Source of the DNA: an uncultured Acidobacteriota bacterium
Lineage (GTDB): Bacteria; Acidobacteriota; Thermoanaerobaculia; Gp7-AA8
Assembly (NCBI GenBank): GCA_963822445.1
Contig: CAWGHO010000002.1
Location: 1,376,001 to 1,440,000 of the forward strand
Reading direction: 5' to 3'
Length of the DNA: 64,000 bases
The translations under genes and the position numbers were made by a program. Every line of letters begins with the position of its first letter. Within the stretch, counting starts at the first letter, position 1. The notes beneath the pieces are model-generated. The model did not search any database. It was not told the DNA's origin and worked only from the letters and a program-made list of their open reading frames with translations. Positions 8,960 through 22,873 of the stretch are shown in pieces.

Positions 8960-9703
8960 ATGATCGAGCTACACGGCCTCACCAAGACCTATTCGGACGG
9001 GCATCAGGCCCTCCGCGGCGTCGACCTGACCCTGGGCGAAGGCATGTTCGGACTGCTGGGGCCGAACGGCGCCGGAAAGACGACGCTGCTCTCGATTCTC
9101 GTGCTGGCGGTCGAGCCGACCTCGGGACGCCGGATCTACGACGGTCTCGATGCCGCGCGCGCATCGAACCGCGCGGCGATCCGCAGAACGATCGGCTACC
9201 TCCCCCAGGACTTCCAGCCGATCCGCCATCTGACCGGATTCGAGTACCTCGTGCACTGCGCCCGGCTCCGGGGCACCGATCTGTCGCGGAAGGAAATCGA
9301 TCGTCGCGCGCGGCAACTGCTCGAAGCGGTCGACCTGCAGGACGCCGCGTCGCGCGCATCGGGCGAGTACTCCGGCGGCATGCGCCGTCGCCTCGGCATC
9401 GCCCAGGCGCTGATCCACAGCCCGAAGCTGCTCGTGATCGACGAGCCGACGGCGGGGCTCGATCCCGAAGAGCGGATCCGCTTCCGCAATCTCATCGCCG
9501 AGGTTTCGGATCACGTGGCCGTGCTGCTGTCCACGCACATCTGCGAAGACATCGAAGCGACCTGCGATCGCGTGGGCGTGCTCGTCGGCGGCCGGATCAT
9601 CTTCGACGGCGCGCCGGGCGAGCTGTTCACGCGCCACGACGCGGACACGCTCGAGGATGCGTATGCGCGCGAGCTCGACGCGGCCGGCGAGGTGGCGGCG
9701 TGA
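8960..9703 (+). CDS. ABC transporter ATP-binding protein
   Basis: GPNGAGKTT, YLPQD, YSGGMRRR, LLVIDEPTAGLD, STH. Confidence 0.96.
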   Translation: MIELHGLTKTYSDGHQALRGVDLTLGEGMFGLLGPNGAGKTTLLSILVLAVEPTSGRRIYDGLDAARASNRAAIRRTIGYLPQDFQPIRHLTGFEYLVHCARLRGTDLSRKEIDRRARQLLEAVDLQDAASRASGEYSGGMRRRLGIAQALIHSPKLLVIDEPTAGLDPEERIRFRNLIAEVSDHVAVLLSTHICEDIEATCDRVGVLVGGRIIFDGAPGELFTRHDADTLEDAYARELDAAGEVAA

Positions 9704-12387
9704 AAGTGCTCGCCGCGTTCATCTCGCACGAGGTCACGACGCAGGTTCGTTCCGCGCGTTTCAAGATCCTCGCGCTTGCGTACGTCGTCCTCGCCTCCGC
9801 GCCCGCGGTCGCGATCTACCTCGCCTCGCGCAAGCTCGGATATGTCCTCGACGGCGGCGCGTACGCTTGGGCCCTGCGGCTGCTCCAGCCGACGCTCACG
9901 GCACTCTTTGCGACGGTCCTGGCAGTCGACGCGATCATCCGCGAGCGTGAAGAAGGCTCGTTCAGCGTGATCTCGCTCGCGCCGCTCAGCGCGTCGGGCT
10001 ATGTGTTCCGCCGCTGGATCGCGCTGCTGGCCATTGCGGTTCCCATCACCATTCTTCCGGCGCTGATCGGCGGCGGACTCGTCGCCCATGCCGAGCGCAG
10101 CATGCCGTCGGTCGCGCCGCTCGCGTGGGAGTGGCTGCTTCATGTCGTGCCGCCGCTGCTCGTGATGTCGGCGCTGATGCTCGCGCTGGGAACGATCACC
10201 GGCCGCACCATCCTGGCCATCCTCGCGTTCGGCGCGGCCATGACCTTCGGCCTCGGATTTCTGCAGGACGGCCTCTCCTACGCGCATCGTCATCTCGAAG
10301 GCCCAGGCGACCTGATCGGCTTCGATCCGATGATCCTTCAGCGCATGGTGTGGACCGTGCGCGGCTGGTGGCACTTCGATCCGCCGACGGCCGCCGGCTA
10401 TCCGATCGAAGAAGAGCTCGACGTTCTGCTGCCCCGGAGCGCGCTCATCGTCGCGTTCACGATTTTCTTCTTGTGCATCGCGCCAGCGTTTTTGCGACGC
10501 ACGCGGCCCGACATAAAGCCGTGGCGGATCCGCGACGATCATCCGCTGCGGACGATGCTCCGCGGCCTCAATCGCATTCGCGAGAACTACCGGCCGGACG
10601 TCGGACTGCAGCCCTCCGATCGCGCGGTGATGATCTTCGGCGTTCTCGCGGCGATCGGCTGCATCGCACTTCTTTTGAACCGCGAGTCGCGCTACATCGC
10701 GCTGGCCAGCGAGCGATATGTCGCCGAGTCCGCGAAAGAGCCGCGCCAGATGAGCGTGACGCTCGTGCCGCGCTCGATCCGCGTCGAAGGCGATGCCGGG
10801 CGCACGTTCCGGACGAGAACGACATTCGCGATCGAGAATCGCGGCTCGCGTCCCGAGCATCATCTCGGCTTCGCGCTGCACCGCGGCCTGGAGATCCGGA
10901 ACGTCACCGCGACGTGCGGCAGGACGAGCATCACCCGAAAGTGGGAGCGGGTCGGCATCGACCTCGAGTCGCCGATCGCGCCGAATGGCACCTGCACCGT
11001 GACCATCGACGTGGAGGGGCAGCCCGACGCGATCGTGTTCAATCTCCGCGGCAGGGGGCGCTTCGGTTCCCGCTATCGCCGCTGGGAGCGCGCCACGACG
11101 GCGATGGATCTCAGCGATCTCTCAAGGTCGACGTTTACACCGGCAGCGACGCGCCAGCGCCTCGTGCTCGCCGCGTCGGACTTTGCGCCCGTGCCGCGGT
11201 ACACACCGTGGAGACTCGATCCCACGCACGTCAGTGCGGAGCGGGACACGAACAGTTTCATCGCCGAAGGCGTGGCCACGGTGAGTGACATCCACCTTTC
11301 GCTGCGGTTGCCGGAAGGATTCACCGCTGTCGATTCCTGCGGCGCGGTGAGCACGAAGCGCATCGAGAGCCGCTGCCGATTCGCGTTCACCGATCTGCGC
11401 ATCACCGCGGCGCGATTCAAGACAATGCCTGTCGGACGAGCAACGCTGGTCCACCTGCAGCCGCACGACGAGCTGGCGCGGATTCACGGACCGGCGATGG
11501 CCGAGGCGCTGGCGATCGCGGAACGGGCCTGGCCGGGGTTGAACATTTCCGCCAACGCGGTCTTCGTCGAGAAACCGATCACCGCCGACGGCGATCGCCC
11601 GTCGTACTACCAGCCGCTCCACGGCGGCCCGATCGAAGCCTCGGGCGCGATGTATTCGATCGCCGAATGGCTCTTCATCCGCCGGGAACCGCTCAAGCCG
11701 ACGCTGATCGGCGGCGCCATCATCACCAGCAATCTGCGCAGCCGCCGCCTGGTCGATCCGAAGGAGCGGGCCTTCTTCATGGCGTTCTTCGGCGAGGTCG
11801 CGCGTTCCAGACTCGGCGCCGGAGAGACCCGCACGGCGACCGCGGGCGGAAAAGGCCCGCGCCCTTCAACCGATCCGCTGCGCCATCTCTATCGGCCGAC
11901 CGAGGCGCTGGACCGGTTGCGCGGCGTGGTCGTCGACCTCGAGTATCGCGTCGGCGCCGATCGCATCGTCGAAGGCGTGAACGAGTTCGTGGCCGCGGGC
12001 GGCACCGGCACGGCCAAAGAGCTGCTCGACATCATCGGTCGCCACGCGAACGTGAATCTCGACAACATGTATCGCGATTACTTCGCCGGCGAGGCCTTGC
12101 CGAAGCTCACCATCGAAGACGCGACGTTCGTCCGTGACGGCAAGCGCTGGACGGTGCGCGGGTTCGTGCACAACCTCGCGACGGGGGAAGCGCTCTGTCC
12201 CGTCGTGCTGCGCACGCAGTTCGGTTCCGCGCGCCAGACCATCCTCGTCGGCGCGAACGAGCGCGTCCCGTTCACGCTCACCACGGAGTACGAGCCGCGA
12301 ACGCTGCAGCTCGACCCGGACAAGGTCGTGTACCGCCACGCCGCGGTCGGCACCGTCGACTCGATCGACTACGAAGGCGAGTCATGA
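9700..12387 (+). CDS. ABC-2-type permease fused to a degenerate M1-aminopeptidase-like domain
   Basis: GTG 9700 overlaps ATPase stop; N-terminal TMs with IIREREEGS...LAPLS permease motif; C-terminal M1-like segment (RVGADRIVEGVNEF...NLDNMYRDYFAGEALP) without HEXXH. Confidence 0.75.
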   Translation: MKVLAAFISHEVTTQVRSARFKILALAYVVLASAPAVAIYLASRKLGYVLDGGAYAWALRLLQPTLTALFATVLAVDAIIREREEGSFSVISLAPLSASGYVFRRWIALLAIAVPITILPALIGGGLVAHAERSMPSVAPLAWEWLLHVVPPLLVMSALMLALGTITGRTILAILAFGAAMTFGLGFLQDGLSYAHRHLEGPGDLIGFDPMILQRMVWTVRGWWHFDPPTAAGYPIEEELDVLLPRSALIVAFTIFFLCIAPAFLRRTRPDIKPWRIRDDHPLRTMLRGLNRIRENYRPDVGLQPSDRAVMIFGVLAAIGCIALLLNRESRYIALASERYVAESAKEPRQMSVTLVPRSIRVEGDAGRTFRTRTTFAIENRGSRPEHHLGFALHRGLEIRNVTATCGRTSITRKWERVGIDLESPIAPNGTCTVTIDVEGQPDAIVFNLRGRGRFGSRYRRWERATTAMDLSDLSRSTFTPAATRQRLVLAASDFAPVPRYTPWRLDPTHVSAERDTNSFIAEGVATVSDIHLSLRLPEGFTAVDSCGAVSTKRIESRCRFAFTDLRITAARFKTMPVGRATLVHLQPHDELARIHGPAMAEALAIAERAWPGLNISANAVFVEKPITADGDRPSYYQPLHGGPIEASGAMYSIAEWLFIRREPLKPTLIGGAIITSNLRSRRLVDPKERAFFMAFFGEVARSRLGAGETRTATAGGKGPRPSTDPLRHLYRPTEALDRLRGVVVDLEYRVGADRIVEGVNEFVAAGGTGTAKELLDIIGRHANVNLDNMYRDYFAGEALPKLTIEDATFVRDGKRWTVRGFVHNLATGEALCPVVLRTQFGSARQTILVGANERVPFTLTTEYEPRTLQLDPDKVVYRHAAVGTVDSIDYEGES

Positions 12388-13067
12388 CGGTCTGGAATGC
12401 ACCCGCTGTCACCCGCGTGCGCGTCTCGCTCGCGCTTCTCACCGAGCGTCGCGTCGCGCTGTTCCTCGCCGTCGACGGCTTCTTTCTCTTCGCGGGGATG
12501 CTCATGTCCTTCGGCGGAAACGGAAGCGTGCGCGATTACTGGCTGCCGATGTTCCTGCTGCCGTCGATCTTCCTGGCCGTGCCGATCATGGCCGACGCGG
12601 TCGCGGTGGAGCGCCGCTCGGGCACGCTCGACCTCGCGCTCACGTCACCCGGTGCGCGTTTTTACTTCGAGCGGCGCGTGCTCGCGGTTGCGGCGTTGAT
12701 GATCGTGCAGGGCTGGCTGGTCATCTTCCTCGCGCGGGCGATGAACGCCGCCTACTTTCCGCTGTCCGGACCGCTCGTGCAGATCGTGATCGTGGCCATC
12801 TTCATCACGGCCATCACGCTGAACTGGTCGCTGCGGCTCAAGACCGCGGGCGCGGTCATCTTCGCCACGTACATCACGCTGCTGCTCTTCGCGCCGTGGG
12901 TCTTCTCGAATCCCATTCATCCGCCGGCGGAGATGCCCAACGGCACGATGAAGCTCGAAGACTACGTGGACTACTTCCAGCAGAACCTCGTCCTGTTCTC
13001 CGCAGCGATCGTCTTCTACCTCTACGCGCTGCAGCGGCTCTCCCGACCCGAATCGATCATCCAGTGA
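12384..13067 (+). CDS. ABC-2-type permease, small subunit
   Basis: About six TMs; AVERRSGTLDLALTSP motif; ATGA coupling. Confidence 0.8.
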   Translation: MTVWNAPAVTRVRVSLALLTERRVALFLAVDGFFLFAGMLMSFGGNGSVRDYWLPMFLLPSIFLAVPIMADAVAVERRSGTLDLALTSPGARFYFERRVLAVAALMIVQGWLVIFLARAMNAAYFPLSGPLVQIVIVAIFITAITLNWSLRLKTAGAVIFATYITLLLFAPWVFSNPIHPPAEMPNGTMKLEDYVDYFQQNLVLFSAAIVFYLYALQRLSRPESIIQ

Positions 13068-13075
13068 GGAACACC

Positions 13076-14116
13076 ATGCGCCGAATGTTCGCAGTCTCTC
13101 TTCTTGTTCTCGCCGCCTGCCAGCAGGAGCGGGACGTCATAAGCTCCGCGACTCCGGTGCGGATGGAAGTGCTCAAGCGCACCGAGTTCGCGCCCTCGCT
13201 CACGCTGGCCGGAGTCGTTCGCGCGTCGAAAACGATTCCGCTCACGGCGACGCAGCGCGGCACGCTGGTGCTCGCGCCGCGATTCCGCGACGGCCTGCGC
13301 ACGGGCGAAGCGGTGAAGCGCGGTGAGCTCGTCGCCGAGGTGCGGAACGACCAGGTCGTGTTCTCGCGGACGCAGGCTCGCCTGCAGATGGAGGCCGCGC
13401 AGGCGGATCACGAGCGGATGGAGCGCAGCCATCGCGAAGGCCTCGTTTCCAGCGCGGAGTATTCAGCGTCTGCATTGCGCGCGCGGCTGGCCAAGGAAAC
13501 GTACGCCGCGATGCAGCGCGATGTCGCGACGCTCCGCATCGTTGCGCCAGCATCCGGTCATCTCGTCGTCACGAAGCAGATCGCCACCGGCGCGATCATC
13601 GACGCCGGAACGGTGCTGGCCGAGGTTGCTGGGGAGGGTGTGCCGCTCGTGGAGAGCGCGGTGGCCGCGTCGGAACGCGCGTTGATCCGGCCCGGACTGA
13701 ACGTGCAGTTCAGCGGGCCGGGCGGGTGGACGGGCGCGGGGAAGATCACCGAGGTGGCGAGTGTGATCGATGCGGCGGGAACGGCGCGCGTCGTCGCGGA
13801 GCTCGCGAACAACGTGACGATGCCCGCGCCGGGAACGGGGCTGGAGTTGCGGGTCGAGCTCGATCGCCGTCCGGACGTGCTCACCGTTCCCGATGACGCA
13901 ATCGTCGCCGGCAGTGAAGGACCGGCGGTTTACGTCGCGGCGATGGGCGATGGGATCGAGCGCGGGTTCCGCGTCAGGCGCGTCGATGTTGCGACCGGTG
14001 GTCGGGCCGCGGGCCGCGTGGAAGTGACCAGCGGCGTGCGCGACGGCGATCGCGTGGTCGTATCCGGCGCCGATGCGCTGACCGACGACGCGGTGGTCAT
14101 GGAGTCGAAGCCGTGA
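13076..14116 (+). CDS. RND efflux periplasmic adaptor (MFP), lipoprotein
   Basis: RBS GAGGA; MRRMFAVSLLVLAAC lipobox; GEAVKRGELVAE, helical hairpin, IVAPASG, VPDDAIV, EVTSGVRDGDRVVVSG. Confidence 0.92.
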   Translation: MRRMFAVSLLVLAACQQERDVISSATPVRMEVLKRTEFAPSLTLAGVVRASKTIPLTATQRGTLVLAPRFRDGLRTGEAVKRGELVAEVRNDQVVFSRTQARLQMEAAQADHERMERSHREGLVSSAEYSASALRARLAKETYAAMQRDVATLRIVAPASGHLVVTKQIATGAIIDAGTVLAEVAGEGVPLVESAVAASERALIRPGLNVQFSGPGGWTGAGKITEVASVIDAAGTARVVAELANNVTMPAPGTGLELRVELDRRPDVLTVPDDAIVAGSEGPAVYVAAMGDGIERGFRVRRVDVATGGRAAGRVEVTSGVRDGDRVVVSGADALTDDAVVMESKP

Positions 14117-16966
14117 TCGAGCAGATCCTGCGGCGCCCCGTCTCCGTGGCCGTAGCCACGCTGGCGATGTGCGCCCTCGGCGTCTTCTCGCTGCTCGAGC
14201 TGCCGCTCTCGCTGCTGCCGTCGATCGAGCGGCCGAAGCTCGTGGTCGAAGCGCGCGCCGATGCGAGCTCGCGCGACGAGCTGCTCCACGAAGTCACGGG
14301 ACCGATCGAACGGAGGCTTTCCTCCGTTCCCGGCATCACCTCGATCGAGAGCGAAACGAGCGACGGACTGTCGCGGATCGAGATCGGTTCGGCGTGGCAG
14401 ACCGATCCCGACCGGCTGCGCATCGACGTCGCACGCCGCATCGAAGGAGCCACGACGTTGCCGCTCGACGATCTGACCATCGACGTTGCCGGGAACGATG
14501 TCTCGCCGGTGATCGAAGTCGCGGTGAGCGGCGCGTCGGGCTCGACGCGGACGCGGATCGCGGAGCGCGTGGTTCTGCCGGAGCTCGCGCGAATCGAAGG
14601 CGCGGGGAAGGTCGACGTGATCGGCGCGCGGCCTCTGCGCGTCGTCGTGCAGCCGCGGGCAGCATCGCTGATCGCGCGGGGATTGACCGCGCTCGATGTC
14701 GAAGAGCGCTTGCGCGTCGCGGGATCAGCGGTTGCTGCCGGGCGGGTGCGGGAGGGGGCGTCGGTGCGGCCGCTGGTCGTCACGCAGCCGATCCTCTCGC
14801 TCGAAGATCTTCGCGCGTTGCGGGTGAAGGGCGTGCCGCTCGGGGAGATTGCCGAGGTATCGCTGCGTGAGGTCGCTGACGATAGTTTGTTTCGTACGCG
14901 CCACGGGGAGGCTGTTCTCCTCCAGGTTCACCGCGCACCGAACGCGAACGCTGTCTCCCTCGCACGCGAAGTCCGCAAACGCGTTGGCGAGCTGTCCGGT
15001 CGCGCGGCCGGCGTGCGCATCGCCGTGGTCAACGATCGCAGCGAGGAAGTCACGCGCGCCCTGTTCGAGCTCGGCATCGCCGCGCTTCTCGGCGTCCTCC
15101 TCGGCACGCTCGTTCTGCGCTACATGCTCGGCGTGTGGCGGCCGACGCTCGCGCTGGCGATCGTCGTGCCCGCGGCGCTGCTGGCGTCGTTCAGCGCGTT
15201 TTACTTCGCCGGCATTCAACTCGACGTCATCTCGCTGGCCGGCCTCGCTTTGGCGACAGGGCTGCTGGTCGACAACTCCATCGTCGTGCTCGAGTCGGTC
15301 GAAAGCGCACGCGCCGCGGGGAAACCGAACGCGGTCGCGGCAGGCACGCGGCAGATCGTCCTCGCGGTCGTGGCCAGCTCCATCACGCTGATGATCGTCT
15401 TCGCGCCGCTGCTTTATCTCCGCGGTCTGGCCCGTGCGCTCTTCGGCGAGCAGGCGGTCGCGGTCGTGGCATCTGTCGCGGCGTCGCTCGTGCTGTCGCT
15501 CACGCTCACGCCGGTGCTCGCGCAACGCGACGACGTTCCGACGCGTCCGCGCAGCCCCGGCCTCGCGTCCTACCTGCGCATGCTCGGTCGCGTGACGGAG
15601 AACCCTGCACGCGCACTCACCGCGGCCATCGCGATCATGGTCCTGTCGTTCGCACTCGGCGGACTGCTCCCGCGAGAACTGTTCGCACGCGGCTCGGACG
15701 ATCGAACCGTCATCGAAGCCCGTCTCGCGCCGGACCTCGATCCTGCCGCTTCGCGCGCGCTCGGCAATGAGCTCTGGAACGCCATCGCCGCGAACGACAA
15801 GCGGATGATCCAGCGCGGCAATCGCATCACCATCGAGCTGGCCGGTCCTCTCGAGACGGTGCCGGCCATCGCCGGAATCCGCACGACCATCCGCCAGAAA
15901 CCGAGCGCGTTCATCGAGGCCATCAGCGGTGACGCCGATCGCGTCGAGCTGATTGCGTCAGCTGCTTCCGAGGGCGAGGCCGCGGCGCTGGCGGGGCGAA
16001 TCGAAGAGCGGATGAAGAAGGCCGGATTCGCGCGCGTCGATGACGACCTGACCCGCGGACGCGCGGCGATGCTGCTGCGCTGGAACGAGACGCTCATGGG
16101 TCCGGATCGCCGCGCGGTCGAACGGCAGGTGCGCGCGGCTCTGGGAACGGTCGATATCGGACAAACTGAGATCGCGCGCGCCGAGCCTGCGATTCTGCTG
16201 CAGCCGACGACACCGCACGAGTTGTCGCTGGTCCCCGTTCGCAGCGGCGATCACGTCGTGCCGCTGTCGGCGCTTTCCGGCGCGCGACTCGCGCAGCGCA
16301 CACCGGTCGCCGTGCGCGATCAGGGACGGCCCGCGCACCGGCTCGTGTTCGAAGGCAACGCGGCCATGCCCGTGCTCGCGCAACAGGGCACCGAGCGGAT
16401 TCGCGTGGCCGGCCATGCGCGCGAGCTGGCGGATGCGTTCGCACAGATGCGCGTCGCGTTCATCCTCGCCGCGATCCTCCTCTATCTGACCGTCGCCGCG
16501 TTTTACGAATCGCTCGTTCTGCCGCTGCTGGTGATGAGCGCATTGCCGTTCGCTGGTGCGGGCGCGCTGGTCGCGCTCGTCGCAACCGGCCAATCACTCA
16601 ACGTGATGTCGCTCATCGGCCTGGTCTTCCTCGGCGGCGTGGTCGTGAATCACACCGTCGTCCTGATCGATCGCGCCGAACAACTGCGCAAGACCGGCGT
16701 GCCCGCGATCGCCGCGATCCGCCAAGCCGCTGCCGATCGCTATCGCCCGGTGATCATGACCACCGTCACCGCGCTGCTGGGCATGCTGCCGTTGGCGATT
16801 CTTGGCGGACCGGGTGTCGAGCTGCGCCGCGCGGTTGCTGTTGCCGTGACCGGAGGATTGATCACGGCGACGCTCGGCACGTTGTTCGTCGTGCCGCTGC
16901 TGTATCGCTTCCTCGATCGCGGCGCGAAATCGGGCGAAGTCGAAGAAGAAGGGGTCGCGCTGGCGC

Positions 16967-16974
<8 letters not shown>
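14113..16974 (+). CDS. RND permease subunit (AcrB/AcrD/AcrF family)
   Basis: ILRRPVSV, LPLSLLPSIERP, TM4 GLLVDNSIVVLE, GVVVNHTVVLID, RYRPVIMTT, GGLITATLGTLFVVP. Confidence 0.93.
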
Positions 16975-20707
<3,733 letters not shown>

Positions 20708-20714
20708 GCGCCGG

Positions 20715-20791
20715 TGGCGTCCCCGGCAGGGCTCGAACCTGCGACCCACAGCTTAGAAGGCTGTTGCTCTGTCCAGCTGAGCTACGGGGAC
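20715..20791 (-). tRNA. tRNA-Arg(TCT)
   Basis: GTCCCCGTAGCTCAGCTGGACAGAGC...ACAGC-CTTCTAA-GCTGT...GGTTCGAGCCC...CCA. Confidence 0.96.
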
Positions 20792-20810
20792 GTGAGACGG
20801 CGCTGCGCGC

Positions 20811-20907
20811 CGAATGCAAAAGGCAGAATGCAGAATGCAGAAAAGTCCGGGATTGCGCACGGGCCGCGTTCTCTTTTCTGCATTTTGCATTCTGCATTCT
20901 GCATTCG
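20811..20907. repeat. Inverted heptamer-array hairpin (GAATGCA)n...(TGCATTC)n
   Basis: About four units per arm; between tRNA-Pro and tRNA-Arg. Confidence 0.88.
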
Positions 20908-20925
20908 CGGCCGCAAGGCCGCGTT

Positions 20926-21002
<77 letters not shown>

Positions 21003-21142
21003 ACGTATTTGTGGTTGGCGGCCGCCGCACTGCCAACCCGCGGCGGCTGGACGCCATTCCGAGATTGTGGCACACGCAAGTCGTGGCGGCAGGTGACGCT
21101 CGTGCCCCAGCCTTGGGCAACAAGCGCAGCCGGCCGTGCCGG

Positions 21143-21574
21143 CTAGACGGCCTGAGCGGTCGCGGGCTCGCCCATTCTGCGGGCGGGTAGGGCCGCGGTC
21201 CACTTCGCCACATCCGCCTTGGTCAGAATGAACTCGAATGCCGCGCCGTGACAGCGGAGGCGCATGACCCGGCAGTCGTCGTCGACCGTCTTGCCGATGG
21301 CCAGCTCGTCGTCGTATTCGATCTCATCCACGCGGGCCAGCTCGAACGACGCTTCGAGGTCGGGGTTCTCGTAATAGAACGTGTCGGCGGTGAGGGCCAG
21401 GGCCACGGGGATCCTCTCCATCCCCTCCACGTACTCGGCCCGGCTCACCACTTTTGACGTCGGCTGGCGTTTCTTGATCAACACATCCAGGTGATCGCGC
21501 TGCCGCATCTTCAGGAACATCGCGACCAGGCCAACCACTACCAGCACCAGAATCACCGACGGGATGAACGTCAT
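21143..21574 (-). CDS. Hypothetical membrane-anchored protein
   Basis: RBS GGAGG, N-terminal TM (VILVLVVVGLVAMFL), small beta-rich soluble domain. Confidence 0.75.
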   Translation of the reverse strand: MTFIPSVILVLVVVGLVAMFLKMRQRDHLDVLIKKRQPTSKVVSRAEYVEGMERIPVALALTADTFYYENPDLEASFELARVDEIEYDDELAIGKTVDDDCRVMRLRCHGAAFEFILTKADVAKWTAALPARRMGEPATAQAV

Positions 21575-21714
21575 TGCCCAGTTCCTCCAGTGTTCGTGAC
21601 GTCAGAAATTGCGAGTGCGAAAAATGTACGCCTTTTGCGGCCGAACAACCAGCAAAATCGGATACGCAGCGGCCGCGGCGGTGGCCGCCGTCGGATCGCC
21701 TACAATGACCGCGC

Positions 21715-22188
21715 ATGGCGGGAGCGAGGAAGAGGACGCGGCAAGAGCACTCTTCAGGCGGCGCTGTAGTGGCCATCCGGAACGGGCAGCCGCACGTCGC
21801 GCTCATCGCCACACGCGGCAAAACACGCTGGGGGCTTCCCAAGGGCGCCGTCAGCCAGGGGGAGACGTCCGAGGCCGCCGCGTTGCGCGAAGTGCTCGAG
21901 GAAACGGGCATCACCGCGAAGATCGTCAAGCCCCTCGACACCATCGAATACTTCTTCCGCGCCGGGGACACGCTCATTCAGAAACGCGTCGACTTCTACC
22001 TGATGGAGTACCTCGGCGGCGACATCGTCCCCCAGCTCAGCGAGGTTGACGACGTGGAGTGGGTCGAGCTTTCGACGGCGATCCGGCGCGCGAGCTTCGA
22101 GTCCGAGCGGAAGCTTTTGGAGATGGCCCTGCAGGACCTTTCTTCGAGCCCTTCCGCGCCGTCGGCTTCTTCGCCACAGCCTTCTTAG
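21715..22188 (+). CDS. NUDIX hydrolase
   Basis: Nudix box WGLPKGAVSQGETSEAAALREVLEETG. Confidence 0.93.
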   Translation: MAGARKRTRQEHSSGGAVVAIRNGQPHVALIATRGKTRWGLPKGAVSQGETSEAAALREVLEETGITAKIVKPLDTIEYFFRAGDTLIQKRVDFYLMEYLGGDIVPQLSEVDDVEWVELSTAIRRASFESERKLLEMALQDLSSSPSAPSASSPQPS

Positions 22189-22867
22189 AGGCGGCCTTTT
22201 TCGTCGAGGCCTTCTTCTCCGCCATCAGCCGCGTGGCCATCGTCGGCGCTTTCCGCCCTGCCGCCTGGCGGTTGCTGATCCAGACATTCTCCGGATCAAC
22301 TTCTTCAACCGTGCGGCCCGACACCACCGATTGCGGCGCGACCTCGGTCACGTCCACTTTTTCACTCGCGAACTGATCGCGATGCTTCAGCAGCAGCCAC
22401 TCGTTGCCCTTGTCCGACTTCGAGCGCCCGCCGATTTTCACCAGCGCCCACTCGCCGAACATCTTCTTCCCGAACATCCTGAAGGTCAGCTTGCCTGACT
22501 TCACCGCCTTCACCGGATCATCGCCGGGCTCGATGAACTCCCACGTGCCGTTGTCCCAGATGATCACGTTCCCCGCGCCGTAATTGCCCGCCGGGATCAC
22601 CCCTTCGAAAGCCGCGTAATCGTACGGATGATCCTCGGTCATCATCGCCAGCCGCTTCGTGCCCGGGTCGTACGACGGCCCTTTCGGAACGGCCCACGAC
22701 TTGAGCACGCCCTCCATCTCCAGGCGAAAGTCGTAGTGAAGATGCGAAGCCTGATGCTTCTGAATGACGAAGATCGGCAGCTTCGTTTTCTTCGGCTTGC
22801 CGCCTGACGGCTCCGGCGTATCGCCGAAGTCGCGCATCTCCTTGTACTTCTTCAGCAGGTCGGGCAT
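22037..22867 (-). CDS. Stand-alone LigD 3'-phosphoesterase domain protein with Lys/Ala-rich tail
   Basis: FVIQKHQASHLHYDFRLE, LKSWAVPKGPS, TEDHPYDY, FEGVIPAGNYGAG; no ligase or polymerase domain. Confidence 0.92.
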   Translation of the reverse strand: MPDLLKKYKEMRDFGDTPEPSGGKPKKTKLPIFVIQKHQASHLHYDFRLEMEGVLKSWAVPKGPSYDPGTKRLAMMTEDHPYDYAAFEGVIPAGNYGAGNVIIWDNGTWEFIEPGDDPVKAVKSGKLTFRMFGKKMFGEWALVKIGGRSKSDKGNEWLLLKHRDQFASEKVDVTEVAPQSVVSGRTVEEVDPENVWISNRQAAGRKAPTMATRLMAEKKASTKKAASKKAVAKKPTARKGSKKGPAGPSPKASARTRSSRAGSPSKARPTPRRQPR

Positions 22868-22873
22868 GTCGCG

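Noticed and set aside
8944-12387. 1147-aa ORF suggesting a longer permease
   Set aside because: The first ~250 codons are an alternative frame over the ABC ATPase; the real gene starts at GTG 9700.
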